Shown piece by piece: positions 38,067 through 47,689 of a stretch of 64,000 nucleotides of DNA. The DNA comes from an uncultured Gammaproteobacteria bacterium (lineage in GTDB: Bacteria > Patescibacteriota > Microgenomatia > JAMCZE01). Position numbers and translations under genes: made by a program. Location: contig CAZXMM010000001.1 of assembly GCA_964641255.1 (NCBI GenBank), forward strand, positions 79,757-143,756, given 5' to 3'. The notes below the pieces were generated by a model that did no database searches, was not told the origin of the DNA, and saw only the letters and a list, made by a program, of their open reading frames with translations. Position 1 is the first letter of the stretch. Each line of letters starts with the position of its first letter.

Positions 38067-40046
38067 CCATACGATAGCAAACGGTTTTAAGGTCAACGAC
38101 AGTTGGCCATTGGTTACTAGGTAGGTTTGTTTAGAAATCACGTCATAGACTTTGACAGCGGCTATTTTTAGTTTCAACGACTGGGTATGAGAAGAAATAT
38201 TGTGCAAGGCAATAATAGTTTCCGAGTTGTCTGGGGCAGTGCGGGTGAGGCCAAAAATATGACGGTTGGCAGTCACCAGCATTACCTGTTTACCACCCGG
38301 ATGAAAAGCCTGGTGGGCTGACCGAACTGTCAACAAATGGAGAATGTCGGGAAGAATCTGATTAATAAGCGACTGTGGTCTTGCCAGTTGCTCGTTTAAA
38401 TCTTCCACAAAGAGTCTGCCCCGATTTAATTCACGGGGGTTGCCGGTTTGGAGATAAAACCTAAAATCATTAAAAGCCCCAAACGGGCCAGTGAGATAGA
38501 GAAATGGAATACCTTTAAGTGGTAGCCCTAAAGCAAAGGCCGCCACGATTTTTTTGGCATTACCTTTCCAGACGCTTGTATAGGTGGAAATGGTTTCGTA
38601 GACCACCGTTTTTTCTCCGTCCGTACTATGGATAGATTTTAAATTGACAAATCGAGGCTCTTCTTTATGCAAAGACTTAAAATCTTTAAGAAACGTGGTC
38701 GGCAGAGCTAGTGGGTCGGAATGCGGCAATTGCATCCGCTTTTGCAACTCGGCTTTACCACTCTTACTGTAATAATTGGCAATAGCGGTAATTTCCCTCT
38801 CAGTTAGCGCCGCCTTGCCTTTAATACTTTTGGGAGCGCGGCAGGGGTTAAGGGAAGTTCCATCGTGGGTCATGCCACATACCACGGCTTGGACTGTTTC
38901 AAAAGATGGGGTTTGAAAATGGTCTAGAGCTTGAGAAAAGGTGGTGGCGTCTTCAGAAATGAGGGTGTGAGGTATCAGCCCGCAGGGTAAAAAGTTATAA
39001 CACATTTGAGCTTTTTGGTCGCCAGCGCTACTTAGGTAGCGAGCGCTGTCTTGGGGGGGCTCCATGCTTTCCGCCAGTAGTTTGACCGAGGGTGAAAGAA
39101 GGACAGCCAGCAAACTAAACAATTCAACAATCTTATGGGTTTTGGGATGATGGGCACAACTTGTTCCCCATTCTTTCCAAACATAGGGAATAGCGTCAAG
39201 ACGTAGAGTGCTAGCTCCCTGAAGAATATAAAAGAACAATATTTCCACCATTTTTAAAAACACCGTGGGATTTTGATAATTTACATCGGGTTGATGGTTG
39301 GAAAAGGTCATATAGACCCAAGAAAAACTACCATTGTCTTTTCTGACTCTAATGAAGGGATCATGGGCTCGCGGGCGATAGATAAGGTGCTGATATTTCT
39401 TGCGAATTTCCGTCAGCTTAGCCATATCGCTTTGGTCGTCCTCACTAAAGGCAATGAAAAAATCTGCAAATTGGGGGTCATTAGCAAGAAACTTCTGAAA
39501 CCAGACAGAATCCTTGGAGAGGTGATTGATGACAAAATCGAGAGCAAAGTTAAACCGCTTGGCGATGTCAGCAACGTCGTCCCAATTTCCCATGGCAGGG
39601 TTAACAGCAAATGGGTCAGCAACGTCAAAGCCACCATCCCTTTGGGGGGAAGTATAAATGGGCAACAAATGAACCGTGAGATTTGAGGCGACCGCTTGGT
39701 AGTGCTGGTCTAAGAATTGTCGCAGCACTTGGAGTGGATAAATCTCAGGATTTTTACTTTTGAGATGGTCACCGTAACAGATTAAATAAAAAGTCTTTTC
39801 TGACCAACTCGCCCCAGTTCCCAGTTGCTGATCACGCTTCATGAGTTGGGGCGACTTACGTTTTTGCGCTTCGGTTAAAATTGTTTCCAAATCAGCTAAG
39901 ATTTTTGGGGTTTGGGCTAATCCCCAGACTTCACTAAGTAGTTTTTCTACCTTAGTTTTTACCTTAGGATCAAAAGTGGGTACTGAAGTGGCGAATAGAG
40001 GCAGATTGCGAAGTGGTAGCTCAAGATTGTACTTTGGGCTTTCCAT
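38049..40046 (-). CDS. GH13 alpha-amylase-family enzyme, amylosucrase/sucrose-hydrolase-like
   Basis: GH13 region I DFVINHLS. Region II LRLDAIPYVWKEWGTSCAHHPKTHKIV closely mirrors amylosucrase [25 protein letters not shown]. 665 aa. Confidence 0.65.
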   Translation of the reverse strand: MESPKYNLELPLRNLPLFATSVPTFDPKVKTKVEKLLSEVWGLAQTPKILADLETILTEAQKRKSPQLMKRDQQLGTGASWSEKTFYLICYGDHLKSKNPEIYPLQVLRQFLDQHYQAVASNLTVHLLPIYTSPQRDGGFDVADPFAVNPAMGNWDDVADIAKRFNFALDFVINHLSKDSVWFQKFLANDPQFADFFIAFSEDDQSDMAKLTEIRKKYQHLIYRPRAHDPFIRVRKDNGSFSWVYMTFSNHQPDVNYQNPTVFLKMVEILFFYILQGASTLRLDAIPYVWKEWGTSCAHHPKTHKIVELFSLLAVLLSPSVKLLAESMEPPQDSARYLSSAGDQKAQMCYNFLPCGLIPHTLISEDATTFSQALDHFQTPSFETVQAVVCGMTHDGTSLNPCRAPKSIKGKAALTEREITAIANYYSKSGKAELQKRMQLPHSDPLALPTTFLKDFKSLHKEEPRFVNLKSIHSTDGEKTVVYETISTYTSVWKGNAKKIVAAFALGLPLKGIPFLYLTGPFGAFNDFRFYLQTGNPRELNRGRLFVEDLNEQLARPQSLINQILPDILHLLTVRSAHQAFHPGGKQVMLVTANRHIFGLTRTAPDNSETIIALHNISSHTQSLKLKIAAVKVYDVISKQTYLVTNGQLSLTLKPFAIVWLCPQE

Positions 40047-40114
40047 GTAGCCCTATCTTAGGGCCTTTTTTGACACTTAACAAGGGCTGAGGAACAGTAT
40101 AAGATGGGGTCGCA

Positions 40115-41398
40115 ATGTCACTTTTTAGCAACGCCCTTATTCAGCTAAAAAACGCCTCAACCCCAATCGCTACCGACCGAACCCTCGACAATGTTTTGGC
40201 CAGTCTGACCAGTCCCAAAAGGGTGATTACTGTTACCTTTCCAATAATCATGGATAGTGGTGAGAGGATAGTTCTGACTGGCTACCGGGTACAGTACGAT
40301 GATTGTCTTGGTCCTTATAAGGGCGGGATCCGTTTTAGTCCCCATGTCTCTCTGGACGAAGTGCAAGCATTGGCCTTCTGGATGACGTTTAAAAATGCGG
40401 TAGCCGGCAATCCTTTTGGTGGAGGCAAGGGAGCGGTAATTGTCGACCCCAAAAAATTATCGGCGGCAGAACTAGAGCAAGTGTCTCGGGGTTATTGCCG
40501 GGCACTAGTCCCTTGCGTTGGATCTTTCATTGACGTCCCCGGCCCGGACCTTGGCACTAACGAAACAGTCATGGATTTTTTTGCCAAAGAGTACGGCCGG
40601 CTCATGAAGGACTTAACAAAAGAGGAAAGACTAGCGGTGGTAACTGGTAAGTCTTTAAATTACCACGGTAGTTGGGGGCGCACCGAGTCAACTGGTTTTG
40701 GTGGGGCGTATGTTCTAGAGCAGGCACTAGAGTTAATAGGCAAGGACATTTTTCCTCGAGGTAAAAAACTCACCGTAGCGATTCAGGGTATGGGTAATGT
40801 CGGATTCTTCTTAGCCAAGAAACTTGACCCGGATAAATTTTCTCTCCTAGCCATCTCTGACTCTACGGCCGGAATTAAAGCCTCGGGTAATGGTTTAGAT
40901 CTTGCTAAGGTCCAGTCACTCAAAGGGAAATTTGGCACCCTTAGCCAAGTTAAGGAGGCGGGCTACGACGTTATCTCTAATCGTGAGCTACTGGCTCTAC
41001 CAGTGGATATTTTAATTCCGGCTGCGCTGGAAAATCAGATTACACCCGATAACGCTAACGAAATAAAAGCCAGGTTAATTTTAGAAATGGCCAATGGCCC
41101 CACTACTCCAGAAGCGGAGTCGGTTTTAGAAAAAAATGGAGTGATAATTATCCCCGACATTTTAGCTAATAGCGGCGGGGTATCGGTTTCTTATTTTGAG
41201 TGGCTACAAAACATAAGGGGCGAGCGATGGGCGTTTAGCAAGGTTGATAGTTTACTTAAGAAAAAAATGCGTCGAGCCACCAGGGCAGTCTTAGCGACCA
41301 GTAAGCGCTATGGGACGTCAATGAGATCGGGAGCTTTTATCTTTGCAATTGAGACAATTAAAAAAAAGGCCTCGCCCGACCGGGCCACTTGTACTTGA
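40115..41398 (+). CDS. gdhA: glutamate dehydrogenase (Glu/Leu/Phe/Val dehydrogenase family)
   Basis: GGGKGAVIVDPKKLS catalytic-lysine motif. Rossmann motif IQGMGNVG. Confidence 0.85.
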   Translation: MSLFSNALIQLKNASTPIATDRTLDNVLASLTSPKRVITVTFPIIMDSGERIVLTGYRVQYDDCLGPYKGGIRFSPHVSLDEVQALAFWMTFKNAVAGNPFGGGKGAVIVDPKKLSAAELEQVSRGYCRALVPCVGSFIDVPGPDLGTNETVMDFFAKEYGRLMKDLTKEERLAVVTGKSLNYHGSWGRTESTGFGGAYVLEQALELIGKDIFPRGKKLTVAIQGMGNVGFFLAKKLDPDKFSLLAISDSTAGIKASGNGLDLAKVQSLKGKFGTLSQVKEAGYDVISNRELLALPVDILIPAALENQITPDNANEIKARLILEMANGPTTPEAESVLEKNGVIIIPDILANSGGVSVSYFEWLQNIRGERWAFSKVDSLLKKKMRRATRAVLATSKRYGTSMRSGAFIFAIETIKKKASPDRATCT

Positions 41399-41441
41399 TG
41401 GGAGATTTGCTAAAATTAGTTCTAACTCCTGCCTCGAAAGT

Positions 41442-41756
41442 ATGATAGTTGCACTTCTTGTTTTACTAGTGGCCCTGTGGTTCTTGGGTTTTATCAGTTT
41501 GCCTATGTTTCCCATCAGCAACTTTGTTCTTTTTACTCTTTTTGGCGTTGCTATTACTTTGTATCAAGTAATTATTTTTTTGATTATTCTTTGGTTAATC
41601 GATCTCTTGCCAGGCTTTTTTAAATATCTTGCTGGAGTACTACTACTTCTCTGGGTGCTGTCTGTGTTCGGAGTGATTACTATTATCAACTTTCCTCACA
41701 TCATAGTTTTGACAATTATTTTTGGACTAGTGTACTTTCTAATTGCCGGCCCTTAG
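41442..41756 (+). CDS. small polytopic membrane protein (about 104 aa), hypothetical
   Basis: Strongly hydrophobic (MIVALLVLLVALWFLGF...). The ORF-track start at 41343 overlaps gdh and was rejected. Confidence 0.35.
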   Translation: MIVALLVLLVALWFLGFISLPMFPISNFVLFTLFGVAITLYQVIIFLIILWLIDLLPGFFKYLAGVLLLLWVLSVFGVITIINFPHIIVLTIIFGLVYFLIAGP

Positions 41757-42878
41757 TCAAATCTCTTGGCTCGCCTTTAACATTTCGGTAAGAATTTGTA
41801 GTTTTTTAGCGCCCTCCAAAAAATAGGGTTGGCCAAAATCAACAATTTCTATTGGGAAATATTCCACATCCACCAGCTCACCTTCATAGAAGGTGTACTT
41901 TCCCACCACACCTTCTTTGGTTTTTTGCGACCACTCCTGGTCAAAAATGAAATTGCCATGACCGTAGGTGATAAGCTTCCCTTGATAAAATTCGATTGGT
42001 TTTATCCAGTGGGGGTGGTTACCAATGATTAGGTCTGCCCCGAAATCGATTGCTAGTTGACCAAGTTCTCTTTGTCTTTCTTCCGGGGGGGTAACATATT
42101 CGGTGCCCCAATGAAACTCGACAATAATAATGTCAGCCCCTTTGTCAGCTTCTTTAATTTCTCGTTCCATCCGGGCGATATCTACCTCCTCTGGTACTGG
42201 CTGTGACCAGGGGATATCGTTATAACCCAAAAAGGCCAAGGTTTTACCCTTAGCGGTGAGATACTTTGGATTTTTGATTCCAAACGGTATGATACCCGCA
42301 CTCCGTAAGGTTTGATCGGTGCTTGCTAAGCCGCGCTCGCCAAAGTTCCCGGTGTGATTATTCGCTAGGGAGGCAACGTCGACTCCGGCGAATGTTAGGC
42401 CGCTAACAAAATCAGAGTGTCCGCAGAATATCATCCCCTCTTTTCTTACTGGACAGTCAGCAAGAAGGGGAGCTTCTAGGTCGATTAAAGTAATATCTCC
42501 ACTCCTTAAAAATTCGGCAGTTTTGGCAAAGGTCCATTTGGGATCTTTGTACTGCACCATAGTTTTAAAATTAGTCATTCGGGCCGGTATTACGTCCCCA
42601 GTAGCAATGAGGGTGAGAGTTTTTTCTGCCGCCAGAGTCGCTACCCAGGAATGATCGGAGGCAAAAATTTCCCCAAGTGACAAGTGGGGTAGAATCTTTG
42701 TCGAGACTTCAGAAGGAATTGTTTTTTGAGTTTGGACTAAAGAGTCGGGGGGGCGCAAAGTAGTCTGCCCAAAAAACACTAAGACACTAACAAAAACAAG
42801 GATCAGGGCAATAAACATGAACCTATTGTACCCCTTTTGGCAAAGTGGACTTTGAGGGAAAACGGTAATTGTGTACAA
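41757..42878 (-). CDS. CapA family protein (poly-gamma-glutamate-synthesis-type metallophosphatase fold), N-terminal TM anchor
   Basis: GNHPHWIKPIEFYQGKLITYGHGNFIFD and VVEFHWGTEY are CapA/PGA_cap signatures. Confidence 0.7.
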   Translation of the reverse strand: MYTITVFPQSPLCQKGYNRFMFIALILVFVSVLVFFGQTTLRPPDSLVQTQKTIPSEVSTKILPHLSLGEIFASDHSWVATLAAEKTLTLIATGDVIPARMTNFKTMVQYKDPKWTFAKTAEFLRSGDITLIDLEAPLLADCPVRKEGMIFCGHSDFVSGLTFAGVDVASLANNHTGNFGERGLASTDQTLRSAGIIPFGIKNPKYLTAKGKTLAFLGYNDIPWSQPVPEEVDIARMEREIKEADKGADIIIVEFHWGTEYVTPPEERQRELGQLAIDFGADLIIGNHPHWIKPIEFYQGKLITYGHGNFIFDQEWSQKTKEGVVGKYTFYEGELVDVEYFPIEIVDFGQPYFLEGAKKLQILTEMLKASQEI

Positions 42879-43576
42879 TGGGTCAGATGAAAAGAGTTGT
42901 TCCCATTGCTATCCTTGTCATTATTTTACTAGTCTTGGCCTCTTTGTTTTTTCGAAGAGGTCCACAAATGCAGGAGCAGCTGGGACTAAAACAAACCAGC
43001 GAGGCGCTACCACCCAAGAGTGCTGGGATGGTAGACAAGAGTTATGTTTCTGGAGATAATCTGACTTACAATAACAGTATCCCTATGAATATTGACACCA
43101 ATAAGACTTATCAAGCAGTACTTCATACTACGGAAGGGGACATTGTTGTCTCTCTTAACGCCCAAGCAACCCCGATTACTGTCAATAATTTTGTTACCCT
43201 GGCGGAGAAAAATTTTTACAACAATACCATTTTTCACCGGGTGATTAAGGGCTTTATGATCCAGGGTGGCGACCCCAAAGGAGACGGCACTGGTGATCCT
43301 GGATATAAATTTGCTGACGAGCCGTTTACGGGTGATTACACTCGGGGGACGGTAGCCATGGCTAATTCTGGACCAGACACCAATGGTAGCCAGTTTTTTA
43401 TCATGCATGCTGACGCCGAACTTCCTAAAAATTATGTCATTTTTGGCACCGTCACTTCTGGTTTAGAAGTAGTCGATAAAATAGCCGAAGCTCCGGTTGA
43501 AATTAGCCGTTCTGGTGAACGGTCTCAGCCAGTAACTCCGGTTAGGGTAACTTCGGTGACCATCGAAGAAAAGTAG
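42869..43576 (+). CDS. peptidyl-prolyl cis-trans isomerase, cyclophilin type, membrane-anchored
   Basis: FHRVIKGFMIQGGDPKGDGTG ... GTVAMANSGPDTNGSQFFI is the cyclophilin signature. N-terminal TM helix. Confidence 0.85.
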   Translation: MCTMGQMKRVVPIAILVIILLVLASLFFRRGPQMQEQLGLKQTSEALPPKSAGMVDKSYVSGDNLTYNNSIPMNIDTNKTYQAVLHTTEGDIVVSLNAQATPITVNNFVTLAEKNFYNNTIFHRVIKGFMIQGGDPKGDGTGDPGYKFADEPFTGDYTRGTVAMANSGPDTNGSQFFIMHADAELPKNYVIFGTVTSGLEVVDKIAEAPVEISRSGERSQPVTPVRVTSVTIEEK

Positions 43577-43584
43577 GTAACATA

Positions 43585-44277
43585 ATGAAAAAGGTTGTTT
43601 TTATAACAGGTGCCTCCAGGGGTATTGGCTTTGCCTCCGTTACAAGATTTGTAGCTGAGGGTTGGCAAGTGGCCGGCTTCTATAAAAATGCTCCGGGCCC
43701 ACAAATGGCAGGGGTGAAGTGGTATCAGGTAGATATTAGACAGTCGCAATCGATCAAAGACTCTTTCGCCACAGCCATGAGTGATTTCGGTCAAATTGAT
43801 TGTCTGGTGAACAGTGCCGGTGTAATGCTTTACAAACAGCTTACTGACTATGATGATGAGTCACTCGAAGAAGTAGTGAGTATCAACGAAAAGGGTACCT
43901 ATCTTTTTACTCAAGCAACGCTTGGGCATATGCGTCAGGGCTCAATCATAAATTTAAGCTCAACGGTCGCCCACGTTGGCAGTAGCGATCCAATCTATGC
44001 CGCAACCAAAGGAGCCATTCTTTCCTTCACTAAGGCGATGGCCAAGGCACTAGCTCCCAATATTCGCGTTAACTCGGTTGCTCCGGGGGCGACGATGACA
44101 GATATGATGAAAAATCATGACCCCAAACGACTAGAAGAGCTAAAAGAAGCCTCGCTCTTAAAAAAAATAGCTCAACCCGAAGAAATAGCGGCTGGGATCT
44201 ATTTCCTAGCGTCAGAGGACGCCTCTCATATTACTGGTATCTGCTTAGACATCAATGCTGGCTATGTTCTTCGTTAA
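43585..44277 (+). CDS. SDR-family oxidoreductase (FabG-like)
   Basis: TGASRGIG cofactor motif and the YAATK catalytic tetrad region. Confidence 0.85.
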   Translation: MKKVVFITGASRGIGFASVTRFVAEGWQVAGFYKNAPGPQMAGVKWYQVDIRQSQSIKDSFATAMSDFGQIDCLVNSAGVMLYKQLTDYDDESLEEVVSINEKGTYLFTQATLGHMRQGSIINLSSTVAHVGSSDPIYAATKGAILSFTKAMAKALAPNIRVNSVAPGATMTDMMKNHDPKRLEELKEASLLKKIAQPEEIAAGIYFLASEDASHITGICLDINAGYVLR

Positions 44278-44349
44278 TTTCTTTTCTTCTTCGAACAAAT
44301 ATGTGTACAATGATAGGACTTACACAAGAAAGAGGAGGTGAATTGATAT

Positions 44350-44586
44350 ATGGCAAAAGATAATAAAGCGGGACTATTTGCGCTCGGCGCTGTTGGAGCC
44401 CTCGCGGGTGCCGCCGCCGCCCTGTTTATGCGCAAGAAAGAAAATCGACAAAAAGTAGAAAAAGCTTTGGGTACTATTGAAAAAAGAGGTGGGGAAATGG
44501 TAAAAATGGCGGAAAAGGAGATGGCCAAAATGCAAAAAGGAATCAAATCCACGAGTAAAAAGTCAAAAAAAAGTAAAAAGCGCTGA
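44350..44586 (+). CDS. YtxH-like small protein (Gly/Ala-rich N-terminal helix, Lys-rich tail)
   Basis: GLFALGAVGALAGAAAALFMRKKENRQKVEKA resembles the YtxH/DUF948 family. GGAGG RBS lies 8 nt upstream. Confidence 0.45.
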   Translation: MAKDNKAGLFALGAVGALAGAAAALFMRKKENRQKVEKALGTIEKRGGEMVKMAEKEMAKMQKGIKSTSKKSKKSKKR

Positions 44587-44617
44587 CTTGCATTATGGTC
44601 TCTTGAGATAAACAAAA

Positions 44618-44643
44618 TCCTGCCTTGGGGCAGGAATTTGTTT
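44618..44643 (+). terminator. rho-independent terminator-like hairpin
   Basis: tcctgcc-ttgg-ggcagga stem-loop followed by a tttgttt T-rich tract, 32 nt after the stop of the YtxH-like gene. Confidence 0.5.
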
Positions 44644-44654
44644 GGAGGGAAGTT

Positions 44655-44942
44655 ATGACTAAAAACGAAGAGTATTTTCAAAACATGCTGCGCCTGAATA
44701 AGGAACAGTTTGCAAATTTTACTGCCATTCATCAAGCCTACACCCTGGATCCAAGAAGTAACCAGGAAAAGTTTAATGAGGTGGGAAGAGATATCCTGGA
44801 TATCATTCGGGACTGGGAAGACAAGTTGTGCAATCATTCCGAAAGTGGTAAATATGCCAAGTTTTCGGCCCAGTTGTCGGATAAGTTTTGGGGTCTTATC
44901 AGAGAGAAGTTCCCCAAAATTGACTACGTTGGAGTAAAGTAG
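44655..44942 (+). CDS. hypothetical protein (about 95 aa)
   Basis: ORF 44625..44942. ATG 44655 (MTKNEEYF) is preferred, with GGAGGG 8 nt upstream. No motif recognised. Confidence 0.4.
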   Translation: MTKNEEYFQNMLRLNKEQFANFTAIHQAYTLDPRSNQEKFNEVGRDILDIIRDWEDKLCNHSESGKYAKFSAQLSDKFWGLIREKFPKIDYVGVK

Positions 44943-44951
44943 TAGCTACTA

Positions 44952-45635
44952 ATGAGATCAATTAAGCACCCCAAACAGGTAAGTTGGTTAAGAGATGTAA
45001 TTTTGGGAGGCCAAGACGGACTCGTTAATGTTTTTGGTGTTATCTTGGGGGTGACGGCCGCTAGTGGTGACCAGCGAATTTTGATTGCTGCTAGTCTGGC
45101 GGCCGCATTCGCTGAGGCCATTTCTTTAGGTGCAGTAGCTTACACCTCGGCCATGGCGCAGCGGGATTACTATCAAAAAGAACTAGAATTGCAACGACAA
45201 GAAATAGAGTCTAAGCCTGGTGAGGAACAAGCAAAAGTAAGAGTAATTTATGAAGCCAAAGGGTTTAGCGGCGACATTCTTGAGCGGGTAGTAGCGACCA
45301 TCACAAGTAATAAACAGATTTGGACCCTAGTTCTTCTTGAGGAGGAACATGGTCTTTCTCCTCTAGATACCGAACGAATTGTGGTTTCCGCTTGCGTAGT
45401 TGGGCTAGCCGCTTTTATTGGTTCACTTATTCCTCTGGGCCCATTTGTCTTTCTCGCTCGGGAGAGTGCGGTGCCAATGGCAGTATTAGTCTGTTCGCTT
45501 GCATTATTTATCCTTGGGGTCTCTGAATCGAAACTCTACGTAGGTAAATGGTGGAAAAATGGACTTAGGATAATGATTATTGGTATGGGTGCCGCCGCCG
45601 CCGGCTATTTGGTGGGCAAAATTTTTAGTGTATAG
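44952..45635 (+). CDS. VIT1/CCC1-family iron/manganese transporter
   Basis: LRDVILGGQDGLVNVFGVILGV at the N-terminus, an acidic central loop (EEEHG) and C-terminal TM helices, as in the VIT family. Confidence 0.7.
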   Translation: MRSIKHPKQVSWLRDVILGGQDGLVNVFGVILGVTAASGDQRILIAASLAAAFAEAISLGAVAYTSAMAQRDYYQKELELQRQEIESKPGEEQAKVRVIYEAKGFSGDILERVVATITSNKQIWTLVLLEEEHGLSPLDTERIVVSACVVGLAAFIGSLIPLGPFVFLARESAVPMAVLVCSLALFILGVSESKLYVGKWWKNGLRIMIIGMGAAAAGYLVGKIFSV

Positions 45636-45644
45636 TTAGCCTCT

Positions 45645-46253
45645 ATGTTTGAAACAATTTTTGATTTGGAAACTAAAAAGTTTTTTGACGATATTGGCGA
45701 GTCTGATCCCAGCAAACTGGGTGTTTCCATTGTGTCACTCTATTTTCGAGAATTGGATGGTGACTTTAAAGAAATAAGTGGTACCATGATGAGCTTTTGG
45801 GAGAGCGAATTTAATCAGATGTGGAAATATTTTTATGATTCCCAGCGAATAATAGGATTTAATACTGTTCGCTTTGACGTTCCAGCCCTAAGGCCCTATG
45901 CCCCAAAAGATTTTGCCAGGTTGCCTCACTTTGATATTTTAGAGAAACTTAAGCTGGAATCGGGACACCGCGCTTCATTAAATAAGATTGCCATCGATAC
46001 CTTAGGGGACTCTAAGATCGATCACGGAGCCAACGCTATTGAATATTGGAACAAGGGAGATGAAGTTAGCTTAGGACTGTTAAAAAAATACTGCGAGTAT
46101 GATGTTGTTTTGACGAAGAACATTTACGACTTCGGAAGTCAAAATAAATATCTTAAATTTACTGACCACTGGAATAATCCAAGAACCGTGACTATCGATT
46201 TTTCTTATCCTACTGATTTTGCTCCTGAAGCTAAACAAACTAGCCTATTTTGA
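45645..46253 (+). CDS. DEDDy-type 3'-5' exonuclease domain protein
   Basis: Exo I IFDLETKK (D-x-E), Exo II GFNTVRFDVP (D), Exo III YCEYDVVLTKNIY (Y-x3-D). Confidence 0.55.
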   Translation: MFETIFDLETKKFFDDIGESDPSKLGVSIVSLYFRELDGDFKEISGTMMSFWESEFNQMWKYFYDSQRIIGFNTVRFDVPALRPYAPKDFARLPHFDILEKLKLESGHRASLNKIAIDTLGDSKIDHGANAIEYWNKGDEVSLGLLKKYCEYDVVLTKNIYDFGSQNKYLKFTDHWNNPRTVTIDFSYPTDFAPEAKQTSLF

Positions 46254-46265
46254 TACAATGGGCCT

Positions 46266-46790
46266 ATGTTAAAGCGCCAGTTTCCACCACCGACTCTTTA
46301 TTATGGTTCGGTCTACTTTGACAATAATTATGTTTTGGTGCCAAATATTTTTGTTCGACCCAGTATCGACGAAGTGTTCGCTCTAGCCAACTCTATTGTC
46401 TTACTTAATGCTCCTAGGTACCAAAAGATTCGGGCTAGAAAGCTCGAGTATGTTGACAGCTTTGTAATAGATGACGACTTTTACCATCCGGTTCCCCAAG
46501 AAAACCAAAAAGAATGGACACCGGAATTTAACCGAGAGCAAGTTGTTGGCGGCGAAGCCGCCATCCCTAACGCCCTGGTCACAATTTTGATTGGCAAAAT
46601 TACCAATAAGCGAGATAAAAAGTTTTTCCCCAAAGGAGACGCTTTCTTCCTTGATGAGTGGTATCATACTTCTGATCCAAAAGAGGCTCGTGAGTTGATG
46701 AAAAAGTCAGACCTGCCACTTTTTATTCCCGCTCAGTGGGCCCACCTTTATAAGCCAACCGAAGAAGTGATTTGGAGCGGATGGAACTAA
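46266..46790 (+). CDS. hypothetical protein (174 aa)
   Basis: No motif recognised. Lies between the two nuclease genes. The downstream gene overlaps by 19 nt or starts 3 nt after it. Confidence 0.4.
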   Translation: MLKRQFPPPTLYYGSVYFDNNYVLVPNIFVRPSIDEVFALANSIVLLNAPRYQKIRARKLEYVDSFVIDDDFYHPVPQENQKEWTPEFNREQVVGGEAAIPNALVTILIGKITNKRDKKFFPKGDAFFLDEWYHTSDPKEARELMKKSDLPLFIPAQWAHLYKPTEEVIWSGWN

Positions 46791-47653
46791 CTATGGCTAA
46801 AGATAAATTTTCTGCCACCTGGGTATCCCACTCTTCAATCACAGACTTTTTGAATTGTCCTCGGGCCTATTATCTCAAAAACATGTGGAAACGCCCCGAG
46901 ACTAAACACAAAGTGCAAATTGTCACCCCCGCGTTATCTTTAGGCTCAGCCATTCATGAGGTGGTGGAGGCACTGTCCATTTTGCCAACAGACCGGCGCT
47001 TTGACGAAGGTCTCATTCCCAAGTTTGAGCAAGTTTGGGTTAGCTATAGTGGTAAGGTGGGAGGGTTTTTGGATGCCGATACCGAACACCACTATAAGGA
47101 GCGGGGACTAGCGATGTTGAGGCGAGTAACAAAGCACCCGGGACCACTTAAAAATTTGGCTGTCAAAATCAACATGGAACTGCCCCATTTTTGGTTATCG
47201 GAAGAAGAAAATATTATCCTCTGTGGCAAAATTGATTGGCTGGAGTACTTTAAAGAACAAAATGCGGTCAGAATCATCGATTTTAAAACTAGCAAAAGTG
47301 AAGAAAGGAAAAGCTCGCTCCAGCTGCCAGTGTACATGCTACTGGCTACCAATTGCCAAACGAGGAGGGTGGCGGGGGCAGCCTATTGGTATTTAGAATC
47401 TAGCGATGAAATTACCGAAAAAGTACTGCCACAGTATGACAGCGCTTTGGGAGAAGTCCTCAAGATTGCACGGTCAGTTAAGTTAGCTCGCAGCTTGGCC
47501 AGATTGACCTGTGCCACTAATGGCTGCCACTTTTGTGAACCGCTGGAAAAAATTTTCCGTGGCGAAGCACAGTTTGTTGGACAAAATGCTTTTGGTCAGG
47601 ATTTGTTTCTAATTCCCGAAGTTACCAAAGAAATGGCAGACACCATTTTATAA
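46772..47653 (+). CDS. PD-(D/E)XK nuclease, RecB-family / Cas4-like, with a four-Cys Fe-S cluster signature
   Basis: N-terminal Cys (FLNCPRAYYL), GKIDWLE ... IIDFKTSK (D ... D/E-x-K), LQLPVYMLL (QxxxY) and C-terminal CATNGCHFC. The start could alternatively be ATG 46793 (MAKDKF). Confidence 0.6.
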   Translation: MERMELTMAKDKFSATWVSHSSITDFLNCPRAYYLKNMWKRPETKHKVQIVTPALSLGSAIHEVVEALSILPTDRRFDEGLIPKFEQVWVSYSGKVGGFLDADTEHHYKERGLAMLRRVTKHPGPLKNLAVKINMELPHFWLSEEENIILCGKIDWLEYFKEQNAVRIIDFKTSKSEERKSSLQLPVYMLLATNCQTRRVAGAAYWYLESSDEITEKVLPQYDSALGEVLKIARSVKLARSLARLTCATNGCHFCEPLEKIFRGEAQFVGQNAFGQDLFLIPEVTKEMADTIL

Positions 47654-47689
47654 AATTCTCTTGCAATCTTGTGCTACAATCGTTAGTAG

